From the NCBI GenBank assembly GCA_051294375.1, contig CM119270.1, forward strand, positions 9,425,530-9,489,529: DNA of 64,000 nucleotides, given 5' to 3'. Origin of the DNA: Paraspadella gotoi. Taxonomy: Eukaryota; Animalia; Chaetognatha. Position numbers and translations under genes: made by a program. The notes under the pieces were generated by a model. It saw only the letters and a list, made by a program, of their open reading frames with translations. It had not been told where the DNA came from and did no database searches. Shown here one piece after another: positions 36,349 to 49,057 of the stretch; the first letter of the stretch is position 1; every line of letters starts with the position of its first letter.

Positions 36349-37902
36349 TTCTCTCTCTTTCTCTCTTTCTATCTCTCTTTCAGTAGCTCTCATTCTTGAT
36401 ATCTCTCTCTCTCTCCCTCACTCGTTTCAAAAAATGGACATGAAATTATGATCCTCCGCATAAATCCGTATTTCCCTTATTAAATAACGTGGGGCTGGCT
36501 GACACATGTCTCGATCACTGCTTGCTCGAATAGTTGGCAATGCTTATTAACAACTAATTGTTGTAAACGAATAAAACCCATATATTAACATTAGCTTCGA
36601 AGCTTTTCGGATAGAACTTGGGTTTTTTGAAGCCATGGCACTGAAATTCGTTGGTTGAAGTGACTCCGACAAGATGAATGAATGAATGAATAAGTAGACA
36701 ATTATGGCAACAGCAGTGTTGCCTGTGAAGCCCATTGGGATGGGGCATCTCACTGTTNNNNNNNNNNNNNNNNNNNNNNNNNNNNNNNNNNNNNNNNNNN
36801 NNNNNNNNNNNNNNNNNNNNNNNNNNNNNNNNNNNNNNNNNNNNNNNNNNNNNNNNNNNNNNNNNNNNNNNNNNNNNNNNNNNNNNNNNNNNNNNNNNNN
36901 NNNNNNNNNNNNNNNNNNNNNNNNNNNNNNNNNNNNNNNNNNNNNNNNNNNNNNNNNNNNNNNNNNNNNNNNNNNNNNNNNNNNNNNNNNNNNNNNNNNN
37001 GAGGCGGTGTGAATATACCGCCACACAATCTCCAAAGAAGGAAAACAGTGTTTCTAATTAAAAATCAGTTAACACTGAAAGCATGATATGTATCAACTGT
37101 TATAAGCTGACCCCGGCTAGCTACGGCTAGCTATATTTCATAAGGAGTGGGAGTGTGCGGAATGTGCGGAGGACCGAGGTGCGGGAGTAAGGACGAGAGT
37201 GCCCAGGCGGATGAGGGCGGCTGCAGAGGCAAGCTCCGGATGCGTTCATCCTGTCCTTGTTTACTCCGCGAGAAGAACGAGTTTTGTCGGCAGTTGCAGC
37301 GGTGGCGGCGGCGGCGGCGGCGACTTTTTTATGCTTCGAATAAATCCCGTCCGAGACACGAAAATAATTCCCGCCCTCATTTTCGGTCCAGCGCTCTCTC
37401 TCAATCACGCGCCAGTTCGAGTTGTTACGTTGACAAATTGTTCCCGGAGAATCAGGGATATATTATCTCGCTCGCTGTTTAGAGAAGGGAAAAAAGGGTA
37501 TTCAGTTTGGTCCCATGTGACTGTGTCTATCCGTCCATCTGTCTGTATCTTTCTTTTTCTCTCTCTTTCGAGACTTCTCATCAAATCCGTCCAATTAAAA
37601 GTGAAAGGAATTTTTCAACCGTAAAAAATAACTGCGCGACACAAACGGGTCAATATTTTCTGCTTGGAAATAAAACCCTTCGTTTCATTTGCATAAACGC
37701 TTCATTGAGCTAATCATTACCTCTCCGTCTCTTTCGCTCTCCCTATTATTTTTTATCTCTTTTCTGTGCCTTCTCTATCTTTCGCTCTTCTCGTAATACT
37801 TTTACATTCTTAATACACCTATTTTCCACTAATTCTCAATATTTTTAAACCGTATAATAACTTCTCTTACTCTACTCTCATCTCTCTCTCTCTTCTTCTC
37901 AT

Positions 37903-37933
<31 letters not shown>

Positions 37934-39425
37934 CACATCTCTACTCTCTCATGATACAATTTGAACCTTGATTGACGGAGACATCATACGTCCATCGTCA
38001 AAATAACTAATCGTTTACGCGCGAGCGGCCCAAGAGCAATGAAAGACTCTCTCTCTCTCTCTCTCCTCTCTCTCAATCTCTCTCATCTCTCGCTCTCTCT
38101 CTCTCTCTCTCTTTCTCTCTATCTCTCTCTAATTAACTTACACCCTATCTTCGTATAATCTTTTAGTTCCATTAGGATATCACAAAAAAATTAAATTATA
38201 AGAGCTATGATTTGAATGTGTGGAATGTGATAGAGAGTGAGATGATAGGAGAATCCAACTGGATAGAAGGTTATACCGAAAAATAGTAGTAGTTTACAGG
38301 ACCGATAATTTGAGACGTTGAGAAAAAGATGTGACGAGAGAGAAGATGACTCGAGTCTGAGAGAGAGATGAGTTAGAAGAGAAACGATGAGACGAGAGAG
38401 AGAAAGATGAAGATGAGAGAAAACGAAGGATAGGAAAGGGATCAATAAAAAATTGGAAACCACCTAGTTTTTTTCCCCAAAATTTCCACTTTTATCAAAT
38501 AAAAATGGCGGGAAACCGTCGCTGGAGGGCTTAAACCAGCAGGTTCCCTGCGTGAGGAAGGTTACATTTGACGAGAAGCGGTTAATGATGAGTAGAGACG
38601 AGAGAGAGAGAGAGAGAGAGAAAAGATTCGCAAGATGACGAGAGAGGTAGAGAGAGAGAGAGAGGGAGAAGAGCAGAGAAGAAGACGAGAGAGATGAGAA
38701 GTTAGATGACACTGAGAGAGAGAGACAAAGAATCTTAGAAGCGATATGGCAGATTGAGGAAATCCTAACCGCGTGAAAACTTCGTCATTTGGTTTTTAAT
38801 CCTCATCGTAAAAATCGGCGAGCCGGAGGAGAACATCCCCGTTAAAAAACATGACATTATAGGCCAACTACATATTTTTTGTGGGGATAGAGTTACCATC
38901 TCTTTTCTCTCTTCTCTTTTTCTTCCATTCTCTCTCTATCTCTTTCTCGCTTCCTTCTCGTTCTCTGAGTTTCAACACGCAATGTTTATGCCATAAACTT
39001 TGATCCAAAGGGGAATTCTCTCTACTCGGGCTTCGACCCTTGAGGCCAAAAGTAAGAGCACTCTTTCTAATTTTTCAGGTGGATCAAACTGGCTTCTTCT
39101 GGGGCTTTAATTACGTTCTGCTGCGACTTTGAAGCAGCTGACCTTTCGACAAATTCAAGGCATAACTTTTACCTTTTACCTTTTACGATACAAAGCAATG
39201 AATTGCAAAATCCAATCACTGTTTATTTTTCAGTTTGGTTTATTACATTTTGTTTCTTTCTTCCATTCATTTGTTTCGTTTCATGTTTTATTTTATTTCC
39301 CTTTTTTCTCATTCATTGCAATCATTCCGTTCGGTTCGTTGCTTTCCATGCTTTGCTTGTTTCGGTCATTTTCTTTATTTATTCCTTCTAAAGAATGGGA
39401 GGAAGACAGCGATGGGAAAGAGAGT

Positions 39426-39532
<107 letters not shown>

Positions 39533-40539
39533 ACAAATCAAAGGAGGGAAAAGGAAGTGGAATTATAATCTCATTCCAATTATGGTTTTCGCTAATCTCT
39601 TTCTGAGTAGTTTTCTTTGCGCCATCTCTCGGTGACATTCGCATTCAGAGAGAAGAACAAAAGACGATCCAGAGTCAAGATGAAGGCGACTTTCTCGAGC
39701 CTCGTCAATCGGAGTTTTTCATTAATTCGCGTTTTGGAAAAAAAGTTACTACTACTAAATTTAAGATTTTAAAGGATAAAATCTCGAATGTATCAGATAA
39801 AATTATCTCGGCGATCAGCTCAATTCACACACTGAAAGGCTAAACCTTATATGGCAGGTCAATTTATCACGAATGTGAGCGGACCTTTTGATCCTATTTT
39901 TCCTAAAGATAAATTGGGTATACAAACTGCCTGTTGGACTCCACCAAACCTTCGTGCTGCAATACGTCTTCAAAGCCTCCCTCCTGCTAAATCCAACGGG
40001 TGTTCCGATTCTACGCTCGGCCCGTTTTTCAGAAAAACCCGCGACAAACAAAACCGCAGAGGATCGTGAAAAAATAAGATCGTTTCGGGTAGACATCGTG
40101 AAAAAAAGGCGGGAAGAAAAGAGACCGTGAAAATAGACGAGGGGAAAAAGGCAGGACGGTGAAAAGACTCGTGAATGTTTCATACGTCGTAGAAAATTAA
40201 GACGTTTTAAAAGGTAATTGAAAGAAGAAAAAAAAGGAGACGAGGGACTGGAAGCCGCGGAGGAAAAAGAAAAGAAATTGAAAGAAAAAAAGAGGAGATG
40301 AGGGACTGGAAGCCAGGGAGGAAAAAGAAAAGAAATTGAAAGAAAAAAAGACAGGAACAACGAGTGACGTTGGAATGCCAGGGAGGAAAAAGAAAAAGAA
40401 ATTATGGAAAAGGATAAAAAGAGAGAGACGAAGGTCTGCGGAAGCCCTGGAGGAAAAAGAAAGAAAATGGAAAGAGAAAAAAGAGAAGAGAGCGGCTCTG
40501 GAACACAGCGAAGAAGAAAAGAAGGAAAGAGAACGAGAA

Positions 40540-42390
40540 GAGACGAATAGGGGAACAGTGACGCGAGCGACATCACTCCGAGGGGACAGGAAATCGTTAA
40601 TGAGAACTGGAGGAAAGAGAGGAGCGAGAACGGAGTACGGAAAGGTGAGCTACTCGGAGAACTTCACCGAAGCGGGAGGAATAGTAATTGGTCATAAGAC
40701 GTAGAGGACAAACAGGGAGAGAAAGTTAACGAGAAGGGAGAAAGGAGCATAGAAGGAGAAAGGAAGGTAAACGCTCGTTGGGAGGACATCACGAGGGGAG
40801 GAAATCGTTTAAATGAGAAGGGGAGGAAAGGAGAGGAGTCGCAGGAAGGAAGATAGGAAACTAACGCATCCGGAGGACATCCAACGAGGGCGAGGAAAAT
40901 CCGGTTAATATAATGAGACAAGGGCAGAGAAAGGAGGAGGAGACAGAATCGATAGGAAAGTGACGCGTGAGAACATCCGATGCAGGGGAGCGAAATCAAT
41001 TAATTTGAGAAGGAGGAAAGGAGGAGGCAGAAGAGAGAATAGAAAGGTAAACGTGGAGGGACATTCACGAGGCTCACGGAAATGTGGTTAATGAGAAGGC
41101 GAGGAAAGGAGGAGGAGAAGGATATAGGAAAGGTGCAGGCGTGAGGACATCACAGACGGGGAAGGGAAATCATTTTAATTGAGATTTAGGGAGGGGAAGG
41201 AGGAGGCAGAAGGAGATAGGAACAAGCGTCGAGGCGCCATGAGCAACAAGAATGTGACCAAAACGCGCGAGGAGCCATCACCGGCAGGGGAGCGAAATCG
41301 TTAGATGAGAAGGAGGACAAGGAGGAGAGAAGGTAAGATAGGAAAGGTGCAGCGTGAGGACATCACGAGGGGAGGAAATAGTTAATGAGAAGCGGAGGAA
41401 AGGAGGAGGAGAAAGGAGATTAGGAAAAGGGTGAGCGGTGAAGAAAATCATGGAGGGAGAGGAAATTGTTAATGATAAGAGAGGAAGGAGGGAGAGGAGA
41501 AGAAGGAGATAGGAAAGCGTGAGAGCGATGGATAAAGACATCAGGCTCCTGGGAGGGGGGGAAATCGGTTTAATGCTAGTAGAAGGGAGACAAGGATGGA
41601 GAGGAAGAGAGATAGGAGGATTAAGGAAAGGTGAACGGTGGAGACATCACAAGGGGAGGAAATCATTAATGAGAAGGGAGGAAAGGAGAGGAGAAGTGAT
41701 GATAGGAAAGGGTAGACCCGAGACCCACGACAGGCGACTCCAGGTGAGGACATTCACACGAGCGGAGAGGAAATTCTATTGTTAAATGAGAAGGGATGCG
41801 AATAGTTAGGACGGAGATAAGGAGGCATCGTATGAAAAAGCCTGTGAGCGCCTCTGAGAAACATAACCACCTCGAGGTGCGAAGGAAATTGTTAATGTAC
41901 TAACGGTAGCGGAAAAGAGTGAGGAGAAGAAGGAGATTAGGAAAGGATTTTGCGAGCTCCTGAGGAATCGACGCAGCGGGAGGAATATCATTAATGGAGA
42001 GGCGGAGGACACGTGAGGACAAGGAGAGAGAGAGATAAGGTAAGAGTTGATTTCAGCAGCTTTGAGCGAACATCACAACGAGTGACGAAATTTTGTTTAA
42101 TGAGGAAGGGAGGAAAGGAGGAAAGGAGAAGGCGAGTAGGAAAGGTAACGCGTGCGAACATTACGAGGGGCGAAGGAAATCTCTGTTTTAATTTGACGAG
42201 TGCGGGTGGAAAAAGGAGGAGGAGAAGGATGATAGGAAAGGTGGTAAATACGCCCTGCATCCGTCTCTCGTACCTTTCTTCCCGAGGACCATCACAGAGA
42301 GAGGACTGAAATTGTTAATGATAAGGGAGGAAATCGTTAATGAGATGGGAGGAAAGGAGGAGGAGAAGGAGATTGGAAAGGTGAGCGCGG
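40540..42390. repeat. Degenerate purine-rich ~75-bp tandem repeat
   Basis: Recurring gaaatcgttaatgagaagggaggaaagg...gataggaaaggtg...ggacatcacgagggga with many indels. Confidence 0.75.
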
Positions 42391-44876
42391 GGGCGACAGA
42401 GGGATACAAATTTGAAGATTGAGCGTGAAAAGGAATAATGATCGGGTAGGAGGAATAATGGGAGGAAAAGAAAGACGAAAAGAGGAAGGAGGAAGATTAT
42501 AATCTTCCTCCTTCCGAAAGTTAAAGGTGTTGCGTCACGGGCCCTTTATTTTGTAAACGCAATTAGCAATGATTACGTAATTAGGGTTAGAAAGAACAGT
42601 TTCCTTCTCGTCTCACGAAGAAAAGGATTACTTCGAGTTTTTGTTTAAATAAATCGATATATTTTTTTAAAGGAAAAAATCGAAATAAGGGACTGCTCTG
42701 CTGCTGACAAACAAAAAAGCAATGATATTTTCGCAATAATTTACGTTAAAAAAAACTTGGAGAAAATTAGAATATAAAATACAGGAAAAGGAGATGGCAG
42801 CAGTCAAAGATGAGTACGACTCAGAAATTCATGAATATTTCCGGTTAACACATTTTTAAAGAGAGNNNNNNNNNNNNNNNNNNNNNNNNNNNNNNNNNNN
42901 NNNNNNNNNNNNNNNNNNNNNNNNNNNNNNNNNNNNNNNNNNNNNNNNNNNNNNNNNNNNNNNNNNNNNNNNNNNNNNNNNNNNNNNNNNNNNNNNNNNN
43001 NNNNNNNNNNNNNNNNNNNNNNNNNNNNNNNNNNNNNNNNNNNNGAGAGAGAGAGAGAGAGACATTCGAGTCTTTTCCGCGAGTCTTGCTCGTTTACTTC
43101 GTTTCATGAGAGTTGAAAATTCAACGAAATTTTATTCACACTCATGTTGATGGTTTTCCTCACGCGCCCGGCTCTCTCTCTAGTTCTAACTGACTCTCTC
43201 TTACTTACCAACTGACTTTTTCTGTCTCTCCCTCTTTCTTTCCATCCGTGAGATCTCACAGCTCGTTTTCAGTGAAAGGATGGAGAACCTTCTGTCGCTT
43301 CACTTGGAAAACAAAACGCATACATTGAGTCGCAGATCACCTTGGAAACAGCTTGTCGCTTCCNNNNNNNNNNNNNNNNNNNNNNNNNNNNNNNNNNNNN
43401 NNNNNNNNNNNNNNNNNNNNNNNNNNNNNNNNNNNNNNNNNNNNNNNNNNNNNNNNNNNNNNNNNNNNNNNNNNNNNNNNNNNNNNNNNNNNNNNNNNNN
43501 NNNNNNNNNNNNNNNNNNNNNNNNNNNNNNNNNNNNNNNNNNNNNNNNNNNNNNNNNNNNNNNNNNNNNNNNNNNNNNNNNNNNNNNNNNNNNNNNNNNN
43601 NNNNNNNNNNNNNNNNNNNNNNNNNNNNNNNNNNNNNNNNNNNNNNNNNNNNNNNNNNNNNNNNNNNNNNNNNNNNNNNNNNNNNNNNNNNNNNNNNNNN
43701 NNNNNNNNNNNNNNNNNNNNNNNNNNNNNNNNNNNNNNNNNNNNNNNNNAGTAAATGTCGAACAGTGACATTTTTCGGGCGACGCGGTAATTTTTCGCGA
43801 CACCCGGATGTTCGCTCTTTATTTCCAATTACATCCCTTCGCCTTCGTTCCTCAAGCTTTATGTCGGACGCACAAAAGTATTCGAAATCTTCGTATGATG
43901 AAAGAGAAATTGTGATTCTCTAATGTATTGATGATTAAACTCGGGGCGACAGCGAGTTCTAAACGTCTTTGTCTTTTAATACTGTTCATTAGCATTTATG
44001 TTTATAGTAATCATTTATTGCGAAATAAGGCTTGCGACATCATTCGCAATGATTTATCCCAGGGAGATTATTTAAGTCAACGTGAGAAGATTCATCAAGA
44101 GGAGACGAATAATATTCAAGAGATAATTCATCCTAATGGAAGCGTTCCACACGAATTTCGAGTTTGGCCACCAACTGAATCTTCTATATGTCCGCAGAAC
44201 ATACGAACATACTGCATAGGCAATTAGGCAATTAGGCATGCCTAAGCTCGATCTTACGAAAACGCTTTGAAATTTCTTCGAGGTTTCATTTAAATCCCGA
44301 TTGTACTTTACGATTTAGTTGAAGTTGTTTTTTACACTTAGAAGTTCGTTTTTCTATTTAACCTCGATTTCATGCACTTGTATCTATTTCTGGCAAAACA
44401 GTTGCCAATCTCTAGCAATAAGTGAAGAGTTTTCTAGGCATTCAACCGTTTTTATATCTTTACCAAATTCTTGTCTACATAATCATTTACCGCTCACTAT
44501 TTAATCAAGAAAATCTCTCCAAATACCAAATACCAAAGTCCAATAACCCAAAAATCGTCGGCCAAACGTCGGTAAAATAGCGGCATTTAGTCGGTCTGTT
44601 GTCGAAATAAATAACGATTGGAAGGCAGGAAAAGTAAAATAGCGTAATGAAGTAATCTCTTTTAATTAAAACAGATTTTCTAGAGTTTTGGATTTGAGAA
44701 CTTTCGCGGGGTCGAGGGGCTGAGAGGGCGAGGGGGAGATTCTTGGAGATCGAGGTGGGGGGGTTGAATGGTTGTGAAAGAAACCTTTGGGGGGAGAGAA
44801 AGAAAAAGAGACTAAATTCAGGATGATGCCTCAAGAAAAGGTGAAGAAAAAAGATGTTGGGGGTTGAATTTCGAAG

Positions 44877-45698
44877 TGGATAGGCTAGAGAAGGGCTGTA
44901 GTAGTGTGTTGGAGTGGTTGAGGATCGCCGAGAGGAAAGCGGGCTTTCCTGTCGGAGGAGAGGAATGAGGAAAACGAATAGAGGGACAAGGGAGGAGACC
45001 TCATTTTAAAATGGACCACATTCACGAAAAATAATAAATTTTAGTTTTTCTTTTTCGATCTAAAATTCTTGTTTAAATTTAATCAAAGTTGTATTGAAAA
45101 TGATTTAAATTAATTGATTGAAAAAAAAATAGTTTTTTCAAAATCGCCCTTGAAAATGGAAAGTTCACCAGCCTCTCCTCCTCCTCCTCCTCCTCCTACT
45201 CTTCCCCCACCTCCTCTTCCTCTCCTCCCCTCTCCCCCTCATGCCCCCTCTACCCATTTCAGGAATCCAATCCTGGTAAAAACCTTTGCTCGATTTTTTT
45301 TAGTTGGGGAGTGAGCGAATGAGCTTCCCTGGTCAATCCAGTTTTTACCACGAACCATTTATTTTTATTTGTTGATTTTTCTTTTCTTTTTTTCTTTTTT
45401 TTTTTAAATTTTTTTTTCTCCTGCTTCCGTGCATCGAATTATCGCCCCAGACCTGAAAAAGTTCGTTATCTACGGTTCGCGTTCGCGCAACGAACGGACA
45501 TTACGAACTTTGTTACGAACGAGAATCGTAATAACGAAAGAAAGGACGACGACGACGACGACGACGACGAGGGCGTCGAAAGTTTTGAGGTCTTCACTCG
45601 TTCAACGAAATTCGGATTAGGGCTGAAGTCGATATCGGAAATCTCGATAATAACAAGGAGATGGGGCGCCGAGCGAGAGAAGAGAGAGGATAGAGAAG

Positions 45699-45739
<41 letters not shown>

Positions 45740-47273
45740 GAGTAGAGAGAGGAGAGAGAGAGAGAGAGAGAGACAGAGAGAGATAAGCAAAGATAAATAA
45801 CAGAGTGATAACTTAGTGCAAAGTAATAACTTAGTGCAACAGACTTTAAAAGAACAGCTAAGTTTAATTATTTATATACCTCAAAAGCATTTTTCATTAA
45901 AAAATTTTTTAAATCAATTGTCTTCGTTGACCTGTTCTTGTTTCTCGGTCAGGCGTAATTTAACGAGATGACCGAAGTCACGATGGCGAATTTCGATATT
46001 TCTAATTCGTTGAATCGATATTGTAATTCTTCTAATCTGCCAATAGAATATCGAATAATTTACTAAACTACTAAAAAGAAACTTATCAAAACCACAGCCT
46101 ACCAGTTGTACCCCTTACCTCTTAAATACCTTTCCTATAAAACCACCACCCGAACCACTTTAAACTCCCACTCCGATAATCTCATCCACCACCTTGCTTA
46201 CTCCCTATGGCCTAACCCTCAAGCAACCGATTTATCGTTTCGTCGTTGGCGAAGCAATTCAAACTCAAAAACGTCCGCCTTTAATCACGTCTCTCTCTCT
46301 CACTCTCTCTCTCTCTCTCTCTCTCGCTCGCTCGCTCGCTCTCACATTCACCCAACGTTCATTCACAAAGATCGCCCCTCGTGTCACTCTTCCTCTCGCC
46401 GTTATTAAAACCTTATTCCCTCCCTCTCTTCTCTTCTTTTTCTTTTTCTCCCCTTTCACCCTTTTTTCTTTTATTCTTCCTTTCCTCCTTTCCTCCTCCT
46501 CGCTTCCTCCCTCTTTCAATCCTCGATTCATAAACTTCCAACGCGACCCAAAAGGCCTTTTCCTCTTTTTTTAGCGGCTCCGTATACATCACTCTAAAAC
46601 ACCTCAGTTTTTCTCTATTTTCATAACTCATTTTTATTTCCCTTTTTTTATTCAATAGGTCTCATTTCTTATTCCTATTATTAATCCCTGTTCCCCATCC
46701 CCTTCCTAATCCCCATCCCCTTTTTAATCCCCATCCTCACCCTCTCCACTTCCGCCCTCTCCGGCGTCGCTGAGCTCCGTTTTATGTCTGATTCGAACCA
46801 ACGCAAAGATTTGGGACTTCATAGTCAACGTCGTCGTCGTCGTCGTNNNNNNNNNNGTCGTCGTCGTCGTCGTCCCGGCAACGCTGTTGTTGTCGTCATC
46901 GTCGTTGTCATCCTCGCGACGTCGTTGTCATCCCAATCGGCTTCTTCGTCAATATTTTTGTGTTCGTTATGAACGTCATTAAATATAAAATTCGCTCTGT
47001 TTTTACTCAAACTATGGAATATGTCTGTTCAATTTAAATAAAATTCGTTGCAAAGAAAAACTTTGTCAATTCTCTAATCACTACTAACAACTAGGAACAT
47101 TTCCCGAACAATCTTCTTTCTAATAACTCATTAATATACCAATCATCAATGTCATGTCGTCGTCGTTATCATCGTCAAGTCGTCTACTTCGTCGTCGTCA
47201 TCATCAATCGTCATTAGTCGTCGTCGTGATCCTTTTGCCCCCGAAACCGGTCGATCACCCTGCCTCGATTCGA

Positions 47274-47313
<40 letters not shown>

Positions 47314-48355
47314 CGTCGGACAAGAAAAAAATGATGCATTAGCGACCTCGAGGTTTACATCCGTTTCGAGTCGGGGTCGTCGTCGTCGTCGTCGTCGTCG
47401 TCGGCGTCGGCGTCGGCGTTGTCGTCGTCGTCATCGTCGGCGTCCTCTTCATCGTGAATGCGGAGTGTGATTCGTTGTTTCGTTGGACTTTATCGACATC
47501 ACTGTCAGTTTCGCGATGCAATCACAGTCATCGCGTCTGGTTCTCTTTTTCTGAGTGACGTCCTCTTGCGGAGGCGAAAGATCGAACGACCGGAGAAACT
47601 GGGGGAAGAATCAAAGGACGGAGAAATATGATATTTCGTATTTAATTTTTTAAATTTATGATACGTCGAAAGAAATAAAATTAACGAGCGAACGAACGAA
47701 TGAGAAAACGAATGAGCTAGCGAACGAACNNNNNNNNNNGTTAGTAATAATCATCGGTGTCCTATGAACCAACGCTCGTCAAAAGCAAAAAGGCCTCATG
47801 ATTTCGGGTCTCCGTTCCCCTCGTACAATCGTCCCGGTTCACTCCGTCCTACTTCCTGACCATCGTCTTCATACCGACNNNNNNNNNNNNNNNNNNNNNN
47901 NNNNNNNNNNNNNNNNNNNNNNNNNNNNNNNNNNNNNNNNNNNNNNNNNNNNNNNNNNNNNNNNNNNNNNNNNNNNNNNNNNNNNNNNNNNNNNNNNNNN
48001 NNNNNNNNNNNNNNNNNNNNNNNNNNNNNNNNNNNNNNNNNNNNNNNNNNNNNNNNNNNNNNNNNNNNNNNNNNNNNNNNNNNNNNNNNNNNNNNNNNNN
48101 NNNNNNNNNCTCCCTTCGCCGGACTGGTCGAGACACGTCTCTTTTTTCCCTTCCTCTTCCTCTTCCTCTCTGTATCTTCTCTCTCCTTCTCTTTCCTCTT
48201 CACTCCTCCCTATTTTCTTTCTCCCTTCTCTCCTCTCTTTTGATCTCCGTTTAATTTTTAGAATCCGCGATCTCCACTTTCGGTGACCCATCCCGTTAAC
48301 CTCGGATCGAAATCGGACCAAAAACTCAAACTTTTCTATGTCGACCTTTATTCGT

Positions 48356-48388
<33 letters not shown>

Positions 48389-48605
48389 NNNNNNNNNNNN
48401 NNNNNNNNNNNNNNNNNNNNNNNNNAGTCTCGTGCTCGTCGTCTCTGTTCTCCATCTCTCCCTCGTCCACGCTCCTCCTCGCATCATCTCCTCACTCTCT
48501 CCTCCGGTCTGTCCGTCATCCAACCGCTTCTCAGTCTCGTCAGTCTCCGCCTGCAAGAACAGCCTCTCTCGTAGTCTGCCTATGTGCAAGAGTGGCGAAA
48601 TGGGG

Positions 48606-48642
<37 letters not shown>

Positions 48643-49026
48643 AATTATCCTCTAATTTCTCTACCCTCCTAATTTCCTAGCTCTCTTGCCTTCCCGCTCC
48701 CTTGCTAAATACCACTCCTTGGAGTGGTGATGCCGTCTCTTGTATAGAACATCTCTGAAGCCACTGATCCTCCTCAGATCCACAAAGAGAATCTGTTTCG
48801 CAGAAGGATCAAAACAGGATATAGAAATTCTGGTAAATTTGTTTACCAAAAATATTGATTTGATTGTTACATCGTTAAATGACTGTATATTTTTAAGCGA
48901 AAAAATATAATATTGATTAGAAATATGATATGTTTAAATAGAGTAAGATAAAGGTTTCAATATTTTTCACGATAAGTTCATTGATTGCTAAGTTGGCCTT
49001 CCTCTGCCCATTTGATGGGCCCTTAA

Positions 49027-49057
<31 letters not shown>
